Below, piece after piece: positions 25,452 to 37,160 of a stretch of DNA of 64,000 nucleotides. Source of the stretch: Minutocellus sp. GHC0000111 (lineage: Eukaryota). The DNA is taken from assembly GCA_977018835.1 (NCBI GenBank), contig OZ361257.1:1116001-1180000 (forward strand), read 5' to 3'. The first letter of the stretch is position 1; every line of letters begins with the position of its first letter. The translations under genes were made by a program, and so were the position numbers. Below the pieces are notes generated by a model that had not been told where the DNA came from, searched no databases, and saw only the letters and a list, made by a program, of their open reading frames with translations.

Positions 25452-26454
25452 AGGTTCATATGCGCACACCAAGCCAGATGCCAATTGCTTCGAATTGGTA
25501 ATGGCAACTTGGGCACAGAGCGGTCATTCTCTGGCAGCGGAACGCGTTGAGGAATTACTCATCATCCTGGATCGTCTGTACCAAGCGGAGTTCGGTAATG
25601 ATGATGGAGATGGTGTTGACACTGCCTTTCATGAGTCAGTTCTAAGACCCAATACTCGTAATTTTGACCAAGTTCTCTCAGCATTGGCGCAAAAGGCAGA
25701 GACAAGCCCCGATGCAGCGAGGAGAGCCGAAAATGTTCTTGATCACATGGAGTCACTGGCAGACCAAGGCATCGAGAGTGCAGGCCCATCACTAGCCAGT
25801 TACTGCGCGGTATCTGGCGCTTGGTCCAAGGTTGGAGGCATCGAGGGCTCTCAGAGAGCCGACGATATTTTGTGTCGCGTTGAAGAGCATTACCTCCGAG
25901 GAAAGGAGTCGTTCCAACCTGACTGCCTAGCATACAATATTGTGACCGATTCTTTCGTAAAGGCTCGTTCCAAGGATTCTTATGAGCTCGCCAGAAAAGT
26001 TCTCGATAGACAGATTGAAATGCATACTGAACACGGCGCCCAGTGGTGCAAACCAGACGTCTTCAGCTTTTCTCTTGTGCTGAATGGTTGCGCCTCGGCC
26101 TATGGCAGCCGTAAGGAGAGATTGAAGGCGTTTCGAGTCGCAAAGCAAACCTTTGTCGAGATGGAAAGGTTTGGGGTGAGACCAAACCAGGTAACATATG
26201 GCATTATGCTCAAGTGCGCCAACAAGTTGCTCCAACCTGGAAGTGAAAAGAGAGAGTCCTTCGTTCGTGATATATTCGAAAGATCCCGCCGAGATGGTCT
26301 CATTGATTCTGCTGTGATCAACAGCTTACGTTTGGCGGCATCTCCAGAACTTTTCAAAGAATTGTTGGAAGGCCATGATCGTTGTTCATCGTCGATTCCA
26401 CCTGAATGGTCTTGCAATGTGAGCAAAAAGAAGCCTCGAAGGGCTGAAGTATAG
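25430..26454 (+). CDS. Pentatricopeptide-repeat protein (diatom type), apparently 5'-truncated
   Basis: KPDANCFELVMATWA, RPNTRNFDQVLSALA, KPDVFSFSLVLNGCA, RPNQVTYGIMLKCA; terminal IPPEWSCNV motif. Confidence 0.8.
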
Positions 26455-26897
26455 AGGGATGGAGGAAGCTCAGGACACAAAAAAATGCACATATCGTTTA
26501 GACACTCTTATGCGATACCCTCCTATCGCTCCTATCGCACCTGTTTCGATAGAGAATAGCATGTACACATAACTGTTTTGTAGATATCACAATGTATTAT
26601 TGATAATGATATGATTATAGACTGCATTATTATATAATATAATAGTAGGTGACAAAATCACAGCAAGGAAAGCTATCTGTTAAGAACAAAAAGAATCCAA
26701 AAATTGCATGCAAATATTTATGGATAAATAAATATGTACAGGGTCAAGTCACTTTCTTGGTTGGGCGCTTGGTGCAAGGCGCACAAGCGTTGCGTGAGAA
26801 GATAGTGCTTACAAAAACTTTCGAATGAAGAAAAAAACAAAATTGGTACATTCAAGGGAGGGTATTATTCCTCTAAACCGGGCTGTGCAGCAGGAAG

Positions 26898-28225
26898 TCA
26901 GGCCATCTGTGACGAGAAGCTTCGACGGGTGGCTTCGATGGGTGGACGATTGATAGAATGATGGGCCTCGTATGAAGGTGCACCAGAGGATTGGCTACTG
27001 TCGAGTGTCTTTGTGGTTAAAACTGTAGTTTTGGTGATAGAAGCTTTGCCACAGTTGATGATTGGCTCGGAAGCAAGGGCAGGGTTGTCTTGCTCGCCGT
27101 CTGCTGCCTCCTCTTCTCCTTCCTCCTCTTCTTTGATGACGACATGGTGAACCCTGCGAGGACTGCCATTTGCGTCGGAAGCGCGAGGAAGCCTGGCGGT
27201 GTTGTTCCCATGAGCAATCTGGGTGCTTGCTCTAGCCTCCTCCTCGGCGATATATGCAGCTGCAGCGTTTTCCTCGGCGATAATGGCCTCGGCGTCGAGC
27301 CTCTCGGCGAGAGCGGCAGCCTCTTGCGCCTGATTCTGCCACTGATCGTACTGTTTGCGGAACGACTTGCGCAAACCCAGGGACTTCTTGAGGGACTTTT
27401 TGACACCCTCCATTTTCTCCTCGACTTTGGTCATGGGAGTGTCGAGGTTGTTGACGGTGCGGCGGCGGGAGTTTTTAATCTTGAGGTTCTCACGCACTGC
27501 CTGTGCCATATCTGACTGCTTGGCTCCCCATTCCCTCCGTAGCATTTCTTCTCGAACACTTCGAGGCATGGCCATCTGCTTCGAAGTACGGCGAGGACCA
27601 CGGGTCTCTTCGTAATCTTCAACAGGAAGAGCTTCGAGCTCGGGGTTATATTCCCAAGATAGGCCTATCGGGGCGCCGCCGGAACAACTGGGGTTGTCGC
27701 CTTTGGGAAGAATGGTCGAAAAGAAATCGAAAAGATGTGGCACGAGTGAGTAGTTAGCTTGGATGTAATCCACGTCGAGAAAGAAGATTAGAAGATGAGG
27801 GAAAGGCAATGGTGGCCTTGACTTCTAAGGCAGGTAGCAAGCACAAATGTTCACTCACCGACTGCTCTGTTGTACTCTCTGATCTCAACCCGATCAAAGC
27901 GAACACCACCAGCCCTCGGCGCCGTGTACATGTCGCTGTCTGAGTGACATTTACGCCTCCCACCCGGACCAAAGTGAGCCGACCTCGATCGAGATCGGTC
28001 GCCATAGGGGGTGTGAAGACTCTCAGAGAGGGTTGGGATGCGCATGATGGACCCCGTTGAGTTGAGGCTGTAGGCTCGGATGAGTGGTCGTGAAACCATC
28101 TTGCCCGTGCTGTTGTTCGGCGTCGGAGGCGAGAGATCCGACGAGGTCCGAAAGAACAGGTCGTCCCCGTCTCTCGGCTTATTCACATGGCAAGGATCTG
28201 ATGGATCGAGGGGCATTATGTTCAT
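26898..28225 (-). CDS. Diatom-family hypothetical protein; intron 27701-27858
   Basis: Splicing joins VRFDRVEIREYNRAV-GDNPSCSGGAPIGLSWEY, a recurrent diatom motif. Confidence 0.7.
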
Positions 28226-28738
28226 GTTCTTTGGTTTGGCATGGGTTGTGCAGGATCTCGTTCGTTCTTCGACTGGCTCGTCGGAAGATTGCTTTTCGGC
28301 TTGCGCTTGTGTGCGACGTCCATCGGCGGGCAAACGATTGCGCACGCGGCGCGTTATTGTTATTGGGTTTCGAGATTTGATCCCGCCGCCGCTTCTCGTT
28401 TTTTCCGCAAAGACACGGGACCATTCGGCTCATGACGCAAGGCATCTCATTTCCGCGCACAAAAATTTGGCCGACAAGTCAAAACACAGCAGAGCAGCAG
28501 CAGTCAGTAGCAGTGCAGAGGGACGGCCGCAGAGGAAGCTACTACATGTACCTCTCTACTAGCTAGAGTGGTTCAAGTCTTATTTTGAGACTACATGTAC
28601 CGGTAGCAGGCTGCTCTGATATTGGTACGCACACGCCAAAAAATGCCATAGTTCCAAGTACATACCGGTAGGCACCGGTACACACATGCAACATGGCTGC
28701 AATACAGACTATATTGCTCATCTATCCGCGCCAAAAGT

Positions 28739-29980
28739 CTAATCCCACGTCCAATAGTTGGTGTGGGAATTCCTCGCCTCCTTGCATTCAGAGAAACGTA
28801 CAGGCTCACAAATTTTTGGATGGTGAGGGTTTGAGCTGCGCTCGGCATGACAAAGGCCATGCGGTAGAATCATCAATTCCGGAAAAAATATTGTGCGCGT
28901 GTAGAGATTGAACAGTGATCGATTGTGAGAAGGCCAGCAATTGCAAAGTCAGTGGCAAATAAATATAACATTGAAGCAAATCCAACTCACAAACATTTTT
29001 CTTGCCGCTTGTTCTTGCGGTTCGACAGCTTGATCTCGAAATGATTGCCTCTGAATCCCACCAAAGAATCATCACAGCGCTTGAGTTTGTCGGATTTCAC
29101 ACACCACTTTTTGGACCAAGCAGGGCAAAGCACACCATCAACCTCCTCAAACTTTTGGAGTGGCGATCTGGAACAGTCCTTGATCTCAAGAGTAGCGCCA
29201 GATCTCTTGCTGCTCGCTTCAAGGCAGTAATCGGGGCAATATCTTTTGCGTTCTTGCCATAGATACTTGTACTCGCCTACAATCAAAGCAAAACAATCAT
29301 AACCACAACACAAGCGCAGACAACAACGGAGGAGTGAGATATAAACAAGCTAACGAGGCATATTGACTGTGTGCATGATAATCGAGGATCCAAATTCACA
29401 CGCCCAATATCAGCGACGACGACTCACAGTACAGCTTGAGGCGACGGCCTCCTCTCGCTTCGTCCTGGTCCTCCTTCGTCCAGGCATTCCGTCCTTCTCG
29501 AGCCTCTTCCCTGGCCTTCCTTTTGCAACGCACCAGCCGACGCTTTGCGCGGCATATTTCATCGCAGGCGAGATTACGCTGCCCTACGCCTTCGACATCG
29601 CCATCGAATATCTCCTCGATCAGTAACTTCTCGTCGTCTTTCTTGTTCTAGGAAAGAAAGTAAACGATCGATAGCCTCATTTGGATTGGCCGAAACTGTG
29701 ACGGGGTGATCTATTTGATCAGTACAGCCTTGTGAGGATTCCTTTTCTCGCAATAAATTGATTCGCAACCTGTAGGAGCCGTTGCCGGCTTTGCTGCTCC
29801 AGTCAGCCCAAAGGGTCATCATCAGTCCCCTCGCGGTGATCCCGCAAAAGCACACGATACAAAGGCTGCGAGGTGCGACTTACTTTGTGATGGTATGCAA
29901 GCAAGCACAATCCGAAGGCCAGACGGCCAGACGAGATTTTAGTTGCAAGCGAGATGATGAGAGATTTGCAGATTTCATGA
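28739..29980 (-). CDS. Multi-exon small protein with a ricin-B/beta-trefoil-like diatom domain (5' exons uncertain)
   Basis: Spliced RLKLY-CEYKYLWQE...YCLEA...GATLEIKDC..S.LQKF...KC-FSNPHHPKICE...C..AR....NYW*. Confidence 0.5.
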
Positions 29981-30101
29981 GCCGGCCGAGCAGATGAGAC
30001 GAGATGATGAGAGGCGTGAGTCCGTCCATGCAAAGGAATTTCCCACTGAGCTCCTCCTATCCTCACCCTAGACTATCTCCGCTGCAGATAAATTCTTTAC
30101 C

Positions 30102-30938
30102 ATGAAACCACAGGTCAACGTGTTTCTCCTACTCTTTGGCGCGCCACGATCATGTGCCTTTTTCTCTCTTTCTCCCGATCCCATTTCCGTGCGTCATTCT
30201 CGGCTTCAGCAATCAAGCTTTGGTCTCACTGATGACGGCGACTTTTTGATAGATGGTATCAATGGGGAGAACAGTGTTAGCAAATCAGAAACGGCGACAA
30301 CGCCCCACTACTTGTCGGCACTGAGCCTTGGTAGTGCCGATTCAATTGGTGAAATTTCGAGTGCGAGCATTTCCGACGCTTTGAACGTTGGGGATGAGTC
30401 TGGGCGAATATCTACACCACAGCGCGGCCTGGACGACTTTGTTGGCCTCAACGACGACGGTGATTTCCTCATGGTCGGAATAAATGGCGTTGACCCTCTC
30501 GAGATTGCTACTCAGGATGATGAGGATAATGATGGCACACTACCAACGGCATCACAATCGACGATTCCATCGTTTGGGTTGAAACTAACGTCAGCAGATG
30601 ATTCGATTGACATGGCAGCCGTACAGCGTTTTAGAGAGCAGTCTGAAGTTTCGAGAATAGATCAAGCTGCTCAAATGAAAGAAAGTGCACAACCTAGTCA
30701 TGGCAGTGATGACGATGAAGCAGTTGAAGCGGTTGGAGAATGGCTATCCGAAATTATCCCGACTTTAAGGGATGCCGACAACGTGAGGTATTCTCAAGAA
30801 TTGGTTGCCATTGGATTTGATCCTGGCTGTGTCACTCAGTGTGAGATGACCTGGGAAGATTTGAGCTTTATGAAGCTGCTTCATAGAAGGTATCTCTACA
30901 ATGAGATTACGGGGCAAGATCATCCTTGGGAGGCATAG
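30102..30938 (+). CDS. Hypothetical protein, possibly plastid-targeted, with a short C-terminal helical (SAM-like) domain
   Basis: Signal peptide ending SCA-FF; internal repeat GL.DDGDFL..GING x2. Confidence 0.6.
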   Translation: MKPQVNVFLLLFGAPRSCAFFSLSPDPISVRHSRLQQSSFGLTDDGDFLIDGINGENSVSKSETATTPHYLSALSLGSADSIGEISSASISDALNVGDESGRISTPQRGLDDFVGLNDDGDFLMVGINGVDPLEIATQDDEDNDGTLPTASQSTIPSFGLKLTSADDSIDMAAVQRFREQSEVSRIDQAAQMKESAQPSHGSDDDEAVEAVGEWLSEIIPTLRDADNVRYSQELVAIGFDPGCVTQCEMTWEDLSFMKLLHRRYLYNEITGQDHPWEA

Positions 30939-31069
30939 GAGCCTGTAAAGAAACAAACAGTGCATCGCCGATGTCCGGATCGCCACGATCTACTGACTTT
31001 CGACACCCTTGTGCGATGCCCTCCTATTCCTAAAGAAATGACATACATAGAAGCAGCATGTATTTATTT

Positions 31070-34000
31070 TTAGGTCAAAGATTTGCTCATGAATTCTTCG
31101 TATGCTCCTCCAAATAATCTACCAATGTCTCGTCTGATTTCGCGTCGTGTAGGGCTCCATCCAGATTGAATCAGTCGCGTGTATTCTTCTGAGAGAAAAG
31201 CCGCGATAACTGCTCGGCTGTGTGCCCACTTGTATACCAATTGATCTAGCACTCGCGCGTCACTGTGCTGGGCCGTAAAGGATGTGCCTAGCATTTCCAC
31301 CCTCATCGCCGTGATTCTCTTGATGAGCGATGGGTTATTCGAATACCACCAACACCCATAGATGTGAAGGTTTCGAAACTTGGATGCCAACACACACGCC
31401 TCGTGCTGATTGTTCATCGAAAGAAATGTGGCAAGGAAGCGAACCTTGGGATATTTGGAGCAAAGGCGAGCCAAAACGTTGCCATCGGCAAATGCCACGA
31501 TGCCATCGCCTGCCTGACGAAGCTGTGGATTGACTCCTCGATGGGCACCAATCTTTAGTGCCAGTGGAAGATCTCGCTCTTCACACACCTTCATCAGTAC
31601 TTCGCTCAAAAAGTCATTTTCCTTTTCATTGATGAGACTTGCGATCGCGGCGCCTTCCCCGTCGCAAGAAGACGAGCAGGTAGCGTCCGACGTAACAGCA
31701 TCGACAAAGGCAAATGGTTGCTTCATGGCATCTTCGTTGACTCCAGTCATGTTGAAACCGGAGAGACTTCCTTCGATTCCATTCCTAAGCACAAAATCAT
31801 GAGGCGTACTGGCCATCATGTACTCAGGCATCATCGTGTCGCACCAATCTCTCAAGTACTGTCTCGCGCCTTCAATGGTGCAGTCGTATCCGGATGCCTT
31901 CAAAGCAATTTCAATCGTCGCGCGGTCTCCAGCAAGTAAAGGGTCTACGCGTAGAGCAGATCGAAATTGGTCAGGATATTCCTGAGGAAATAATAAGCAG
32001 AGAAAAGAGGCAGCAAGTACGTGAGAAAAAAAATCCATTCGCACATTTCGGCAGTGTACATGTAGTGCCATTGGCGTCCACGTAGATTGATTTCTTACCT
32101 TTCTCTTGGGACGCCAGTATGCTGCCTCGTTGGCATCAAATGGAATATTTGTCATCACAGCATACTTGACACCGGCTTGCTCATAAACCAGCTTACAAAA
32201 CTCCTCGGTACCACAGAGGCCCTTATCCCGAAATTGTCGATAAAAGATTCTAATGCCATCAAGATCGCGAGCCTTGACCTCCTTGGCCAACCCAAATGAA
32301 GAGAGCGTCGTGATTACTCCTCTGCAAGCTTCTGATATCGGTGAGCGTTCAATAAAGAGAGCATTCCATATAATATTTGCCTGCTCTTGTTTGCTTTTGG
32401 AGTAAAACACTTCCGGGGTCATTTCTGATGGTGCTGTAATGAAGTATTCAGCAACCAGATAGTGGTACGTGAGAAGCTCATCTATCCCCCAAGAACATAA
32501 TATCCCATGGGAAGGAGGAAGCAAATGTGTGTGCAGATCAACCACCATCGCAGCACCTACCTCAGCTGTTACCACAGACGCAATATTCTCGGTGTTGGTA
32601 CCAATGGTAGCTCCAAGAAGATTGCTGCCTTCTGGAATTGCTCCTTGACGATAATGAAGAGGAACCTGGCCACCAAATTTCTCCGATGAAACGCCGTCGA
32701 CAAGAGCCTTGCAGTCAATCGAAAACCCGATGCCATCTAATTCTCTGAGAATAGCCAACATCCCGTCACCAGCTACCATCCGGGCGTAAAGAGTTGCAAC
32801 AGCCATGGAAAAATTGTTTGCCGATTCCCCACATTCGTCATAGATGTCTGCTAAATTTCCTCCATCATCCGCCGAGAGGTAGGATTTGATTGTAGAGAGA
32901 TATTCCACGGGCTGGCTTGGTTCGCTTGAGACACTGAGAAGCTCACATATGGGCCGTGCTTTATCACCGCAAGTACAGGAGCCTCGGAACTCATACCAGC
33001 CTTCAGCGAGATTGTATCGGAGCCCGTCTGCATACATGACCACTTCATCGTTGGAGGAATCGCTTGGGACCATAGCGACGCTTTTTCGATCGAACCCATC
33101 TAACCAGCCACGATAAATGTTATTGTCAGGATCATCATCTGGCTTGGCTGGGGTCAAGAATCGTAGTATAGCCGCAATGGCGAATACTGTAGTGACGGTA
33201 ACAATTTGATTGCTTTTGATCAAGTCCCGAATGGTTGGACCGATTCGGATACCCCCTTTGGCGGCTCCGTTTTCGGTAATGAAGAAAGTTGATAGGCCAA
33301 ATTTGGGATGACACAAGCGCCGTCTCCAATCCTCGTAGACCAATTCAGTTTCTTCCTTGCCAAATTGAGTTGAAGCCGCAGCCAAAATCTGATCCGCGAA
33401 GTACGAGTCAAGATAATTCATCAAAATTCCAGCCTTTTCGTCGGTTTTATCCTTTGCCAATATGTCCGTCATTAGCAAGGACGACAATGCCATCACATGT
33501 GCGGCCGCTGTATGTGTTCCATTGGCAACGCGTAGCTTTAGGGCAATGTCGCCATCGAGCTGTCCTGATTTCGTCCTGACGACGACACCATACTGCGATT
33601 TGAGCTCTGGTGATGAAAACTTCGCAGGCAAATGCGCACCCAAATCTTCGATCACCAGTGCCTTGCTCGGTACTGGCTCACATCGCGGCACCATTCCGTT
33701 AGACCCATCGCGTTGAGATGTAATGCGATCCACCATGGTGTTGTGAAAAGCCACTTTATTTCGAAGAAACTCGTCAAACGAGGCTACCGAATGGTCACTG
33801 TTGGCGATCTCCAACAGATACTTGCGAATAACTGATCCATTTCCTGGAACATTGTCGGTGTTCACCACACAAACTTTCCCATTTGGGTTAGGGCACGTCA
33901 GAGAGCCGGCGGTGAGGAGAAGGGAAATCTTTTTCAAAATCGCGGCAAGATGAATTAGGGACTGTGATGTTGGGCCCGACAACCCAGCTTCGGTAACACC

Positions 34001-34470
34001 CACTCCAAGTATCGATATGCTGTGTGTAAAAGGATTGGTTGTAAGATGATGTGAGTGAAGGAAATATCTAGGCTAGATGCACGGACGCATCTCCACAAAG
34101 TCATGATTGCATGCCGTTCTCACCTCTTCATTTGATCCAGAACCTTCATTACCTCATCTCTTCCCTCGCCAGTGCCCAACGTTCCAGCACCCCAGCAATC
34201 AACCATCTGAGTGACAAAATTTCCGTCGTACTCCACCACATCCACCTCATACTTGAGCGGGGCATCACAATTTGCATCGCTGTCCTCCGATGCTTCATTT
34301 TCCGCCGCACAATAATCAAGAAATGTCCGTCCTCGCGTTTGGATGATGGCTGGTTTGTGACCGGCCGCGTTCAGCGCTGGCACAAGCACGGAACGGAGGA
34401 AGCGACCGGAACCGATGCAGAGGCAGTCCACCTCACTGGGCGACGGGACAAGGGACGATTGCGTTGGCAT
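31070..34470 (-). CDS. Fusion of a mannitol-dehydrogenase-family (uronate reductase-like) domain and a uronate isomerase; introns 34020-34123 and 31982-32098
   Basis: N-terminal CIGSGRFLRS, GVGVTEAG, NTDN..NG, FHNTMVDRIT, KLRVANGTHT. C-terminal DLHTHL, WGIDELLTYHYLVAE, YGCWW..NNPS, QHSDARVLDQLVYKW. Confidence 0.85.
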
Positions 34471-34854
34471 TTGGTCTGGGTCAGAAGAAGAACTTTGGTG
34501 ATGAATTTGGCACGAGAACAACGAATTCTGCGTCAATGGAGGAATAATAGAGAAGAATTTGCGTGTCGTCGAGGATGCAAAAATAATCACAAGATGAGTT
34601 CGATTGGGATGAGACGGGAAATCAATAAGATAGGAAAGGTGCTCTACTTTTGAGGACCGCGCTCTCCTGCGACGTAGTTGGGGCGTAACAATTCAATCTC
34701 TTCCCTTGAAGTAGTTGACGACTGACGATGGGGAATCTTTTGCTCGATCTTGAATGAATCCGCCCCCCGCTATTCGCTAGCTGACGGACAGACGTATTAG
34801 CGGCATTAGTTGGGCGCAATAAGAGAACAGACTAGACCAACCAGAACATCTATC

Positions 34855-36666
34855 ATGTCCATGGCCAAGCGCAAGTCTCGCGGGGGCGGCGGAATGGCTG
34901 GTTCGACCAAGAAGAACAAGCGCTCGTCGGGCGCCACTCGAATTGACTTTGCCGTCGATGATTCCGACGACGACGATCGGTACGACGATCACCTCCATTC
35001 TGACGACGAATCGTCGGGACAGGAAATGTCCGATCGGTATGGCGGGGCAGAAAGCGAGGAGGAATCCGATGACGACGATGCCAAGGAGACGGTCGATGCC
35101 AAGCGCGTTCGGTTGGCTCGGCAGTACCTCAACAAAATGGAGCGAAAGGTCGGTGGCGGGATGGACAGCGACGACGACGAAGACGACGATAGCGATGCAT
35201 CCTCGTCGGAAGATGAATCGTCGGGAGAAGAAGATAGCGCCGCTATGGCAATGGGCCCTTCCCCCCACGATCGACTCGGTGCCGCTCTGGCGAGGCAGCG
35301 ACAGAAGAGAGAGGGGACGCTCCGTCGACGATTGGCCATCAAGACGCGTAGATCGATTGCTACCATGTGGGAAGGACCTGCTGCTACTACTACAGCTACA
35401 GAGGTTGATGATCCAATCGCCAGCTTTCAGTCTTTTGTTAATGACGGAGTCGTTTCTTTGCACAGAGGTCATGATCTAACCGCTACAGCGGTGGCATTGC
35501 ACCGCCCCAGTGGATCGACGGCGTATTCTGGATCCAAGGACAATTCGATTTTCATGTGGGACGTCGAACGTGGTACAAAGACTGCGACTCTTTGCCCCCA
35601 ATTCAAAAAGGGACAGAACAAACACGCACAGGAGGGAAGCAATTCCAATAAGCAATCACAGGCACATCGTGCCGATGGGGAGGTGCTGGCTTTGGCAGCC
35701 AGCGACGATGGACGATATCTGGCAGCTGGACATCGCGATGCTACCATCAAAATATATGATGTTCGGGTTGCAGGCAAAGGAGGCGCCGGTGCCGGTGTGG
35801 TGGCAACTACCTTTACAGGGCACAAGGGGCCCATCACGTCTCTCTCATTCCGTCCTGGCACCCTCCAGCTCTTCACAGCCAGCGACGATCGATGCCTTCG
35901 TCACTACAACCTCGAGGAGATGGCATACGTCGAAACTTTGTACGGCCACCAGGCTGGCGTGACCGCCGTGTCTTGTCCTCGACGTGAGCGACCTGTATCA
36001 GCTGGAAGAGACAGAACAGTTCGTTCGTGGAAGCTTGCCGAGGAGACTCACTTGATTTATCGTCCCGGTGGACGTGTATCCTCTGCCGATTGCGTCAGTG
36101 CAGTGAGCGATGGCTGGTTCCTGAGTGGTCACGACGATGGCCATTTGAGCCTGTGGAATGTCGATAAGAAGCGACCCGTAGGCACAGTCGAATCGGCCCA
36201 TGGGCATGCTGCTGACACGTCCCTCCCTCGAGGCATTACGGCAGTCGATGCATTGGCTGGTAGTGACGTGGCTGTCACGGGTTCCTCCGACGGATATGCT
36301 CGCTTCTGGAACGTAAAGACCGAGGATTACGATAACGACGAACGAGGACTAGAGCCACTGGGAAGGATCCCGCTCCACGGTTTCATCAACGATATAGCGC
36401 TTGGTCCCAGAGCAAGGTTTTGCGTTGCTGCCATCGGCCAAGAACCGAGACTCGGTCGTTGGGAGAGAGTTGCCAAGGCAAAGAATCGCTTCGCTATTGT
36501 GCGCTTGCGCAAAGAGGACGAAGATGATGACGAAGAGGAAAACGGTGACATGGATGACATTGCAGAGGACGATGTAGCTGAGGTTGATGGCGGAGAGGGA
36601 AGCAGTAGCGAGGAAGGATCATCATCAGAGGAAGATGATGATGAGGCAAGCTCAGGCGAAGAGTAG
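34855..36666 (+). CDS. RRP9: U3 snoRNP WD40 protein Rrp9/U3-55K
   Basis: ETVDAKRVRLARQYL, YSGSKD, LAASDDGRYLA, MAYVETLYGHQ, GQEPRLGRW. Confidence 0.93.
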   Translation: MSMAKRKSRGGGGMAGSTKKNKRSSGATRIDFAVDDSDDDDRYDDHLHSDDESSGQEMSDRYGGAESEEESDDDDAKETVDAKRVRLARQYLNKMERKVGGGMDSDDDEDDDSDASSSEDESSGEEDSAAMAMGPSPHDRLGAALARQRQKREGTLRRRLAIKTRRSIATMWEGPAATTTATEVDDPIASFQSFVNDGVVSLHRGHDLTATAVALHRPSGSTAYSGSKDNSIFMWDVERGTKTATLCPQFKKGQNKHAQEGSNSNKQSQAHRADGEVLALAASDDGRYLAAGHRDATIKIYDVRVAGKGGAGAGVVATTFTGHKGPITSLSFRPGTLQLFTASDDRCLRHYNLEEMAYVETLYGHQAGVTAVSCPRRERPVSAGRDRTVRSWKLAEETHLIYRPGGRVSSADCVSAVSDGWFLSGHDDGHLSLWNVDKKRPVGTVESAHGHAADTSLPRGITAVDALAGSDVAVTGSSDGYARFWNVKTEDYDNDERGLEPLGRIPLHGFINDIALGPRARFCVAAIGQEPRLGRWERVAKAKNRFAIVRLRKEDEDDDEEENGDMDDIAEDDVAEVDGGEGSSSEEGSSSEEDDDEASSGEE

Positions 36667-37160
36667 ATCTAAATTACCGGTAAGATCTATCTACCGGTAG
36701 CTAGAGCTAGCCAAATTATTTGATATCGGTGCGGTAGTTGAGCAGAAGCAGTCATTCGTCGCCTACCGTACTCTGGGCCTATTGTTACAAGCCACTCTAT
36801 GGCTAGAGCTAAATTGCCTTTTCCTCCAGTTGGCCCGAGGTTTACATGTTGGGGAGCAAAGAGAGCCGAAGAGAGAAGAAGAAGAGGATCGAGAAGGAAG
36901 GCATCATCATGAAGGAGGGAGCCGAGTCGAGTCGAGTCGAATGAGTCGAGAGAACACTGACTCACAAGCCATTTTCCTCATGGCGAAAATGCCGCCAGAC
37001 TGACACACGAACCTCGTAGGCCTACATTGTACTCGTACGATGGCATGACCACCATCAGCGGCAGAGCGGCCCCATCAGCACACACTAGCTAGTAGCACTC
37101 ATAACCTTCACGAATAAAACGAAAAGGAGAGGCAAGTAGGCACCTGCTTCCTCCCAACCA

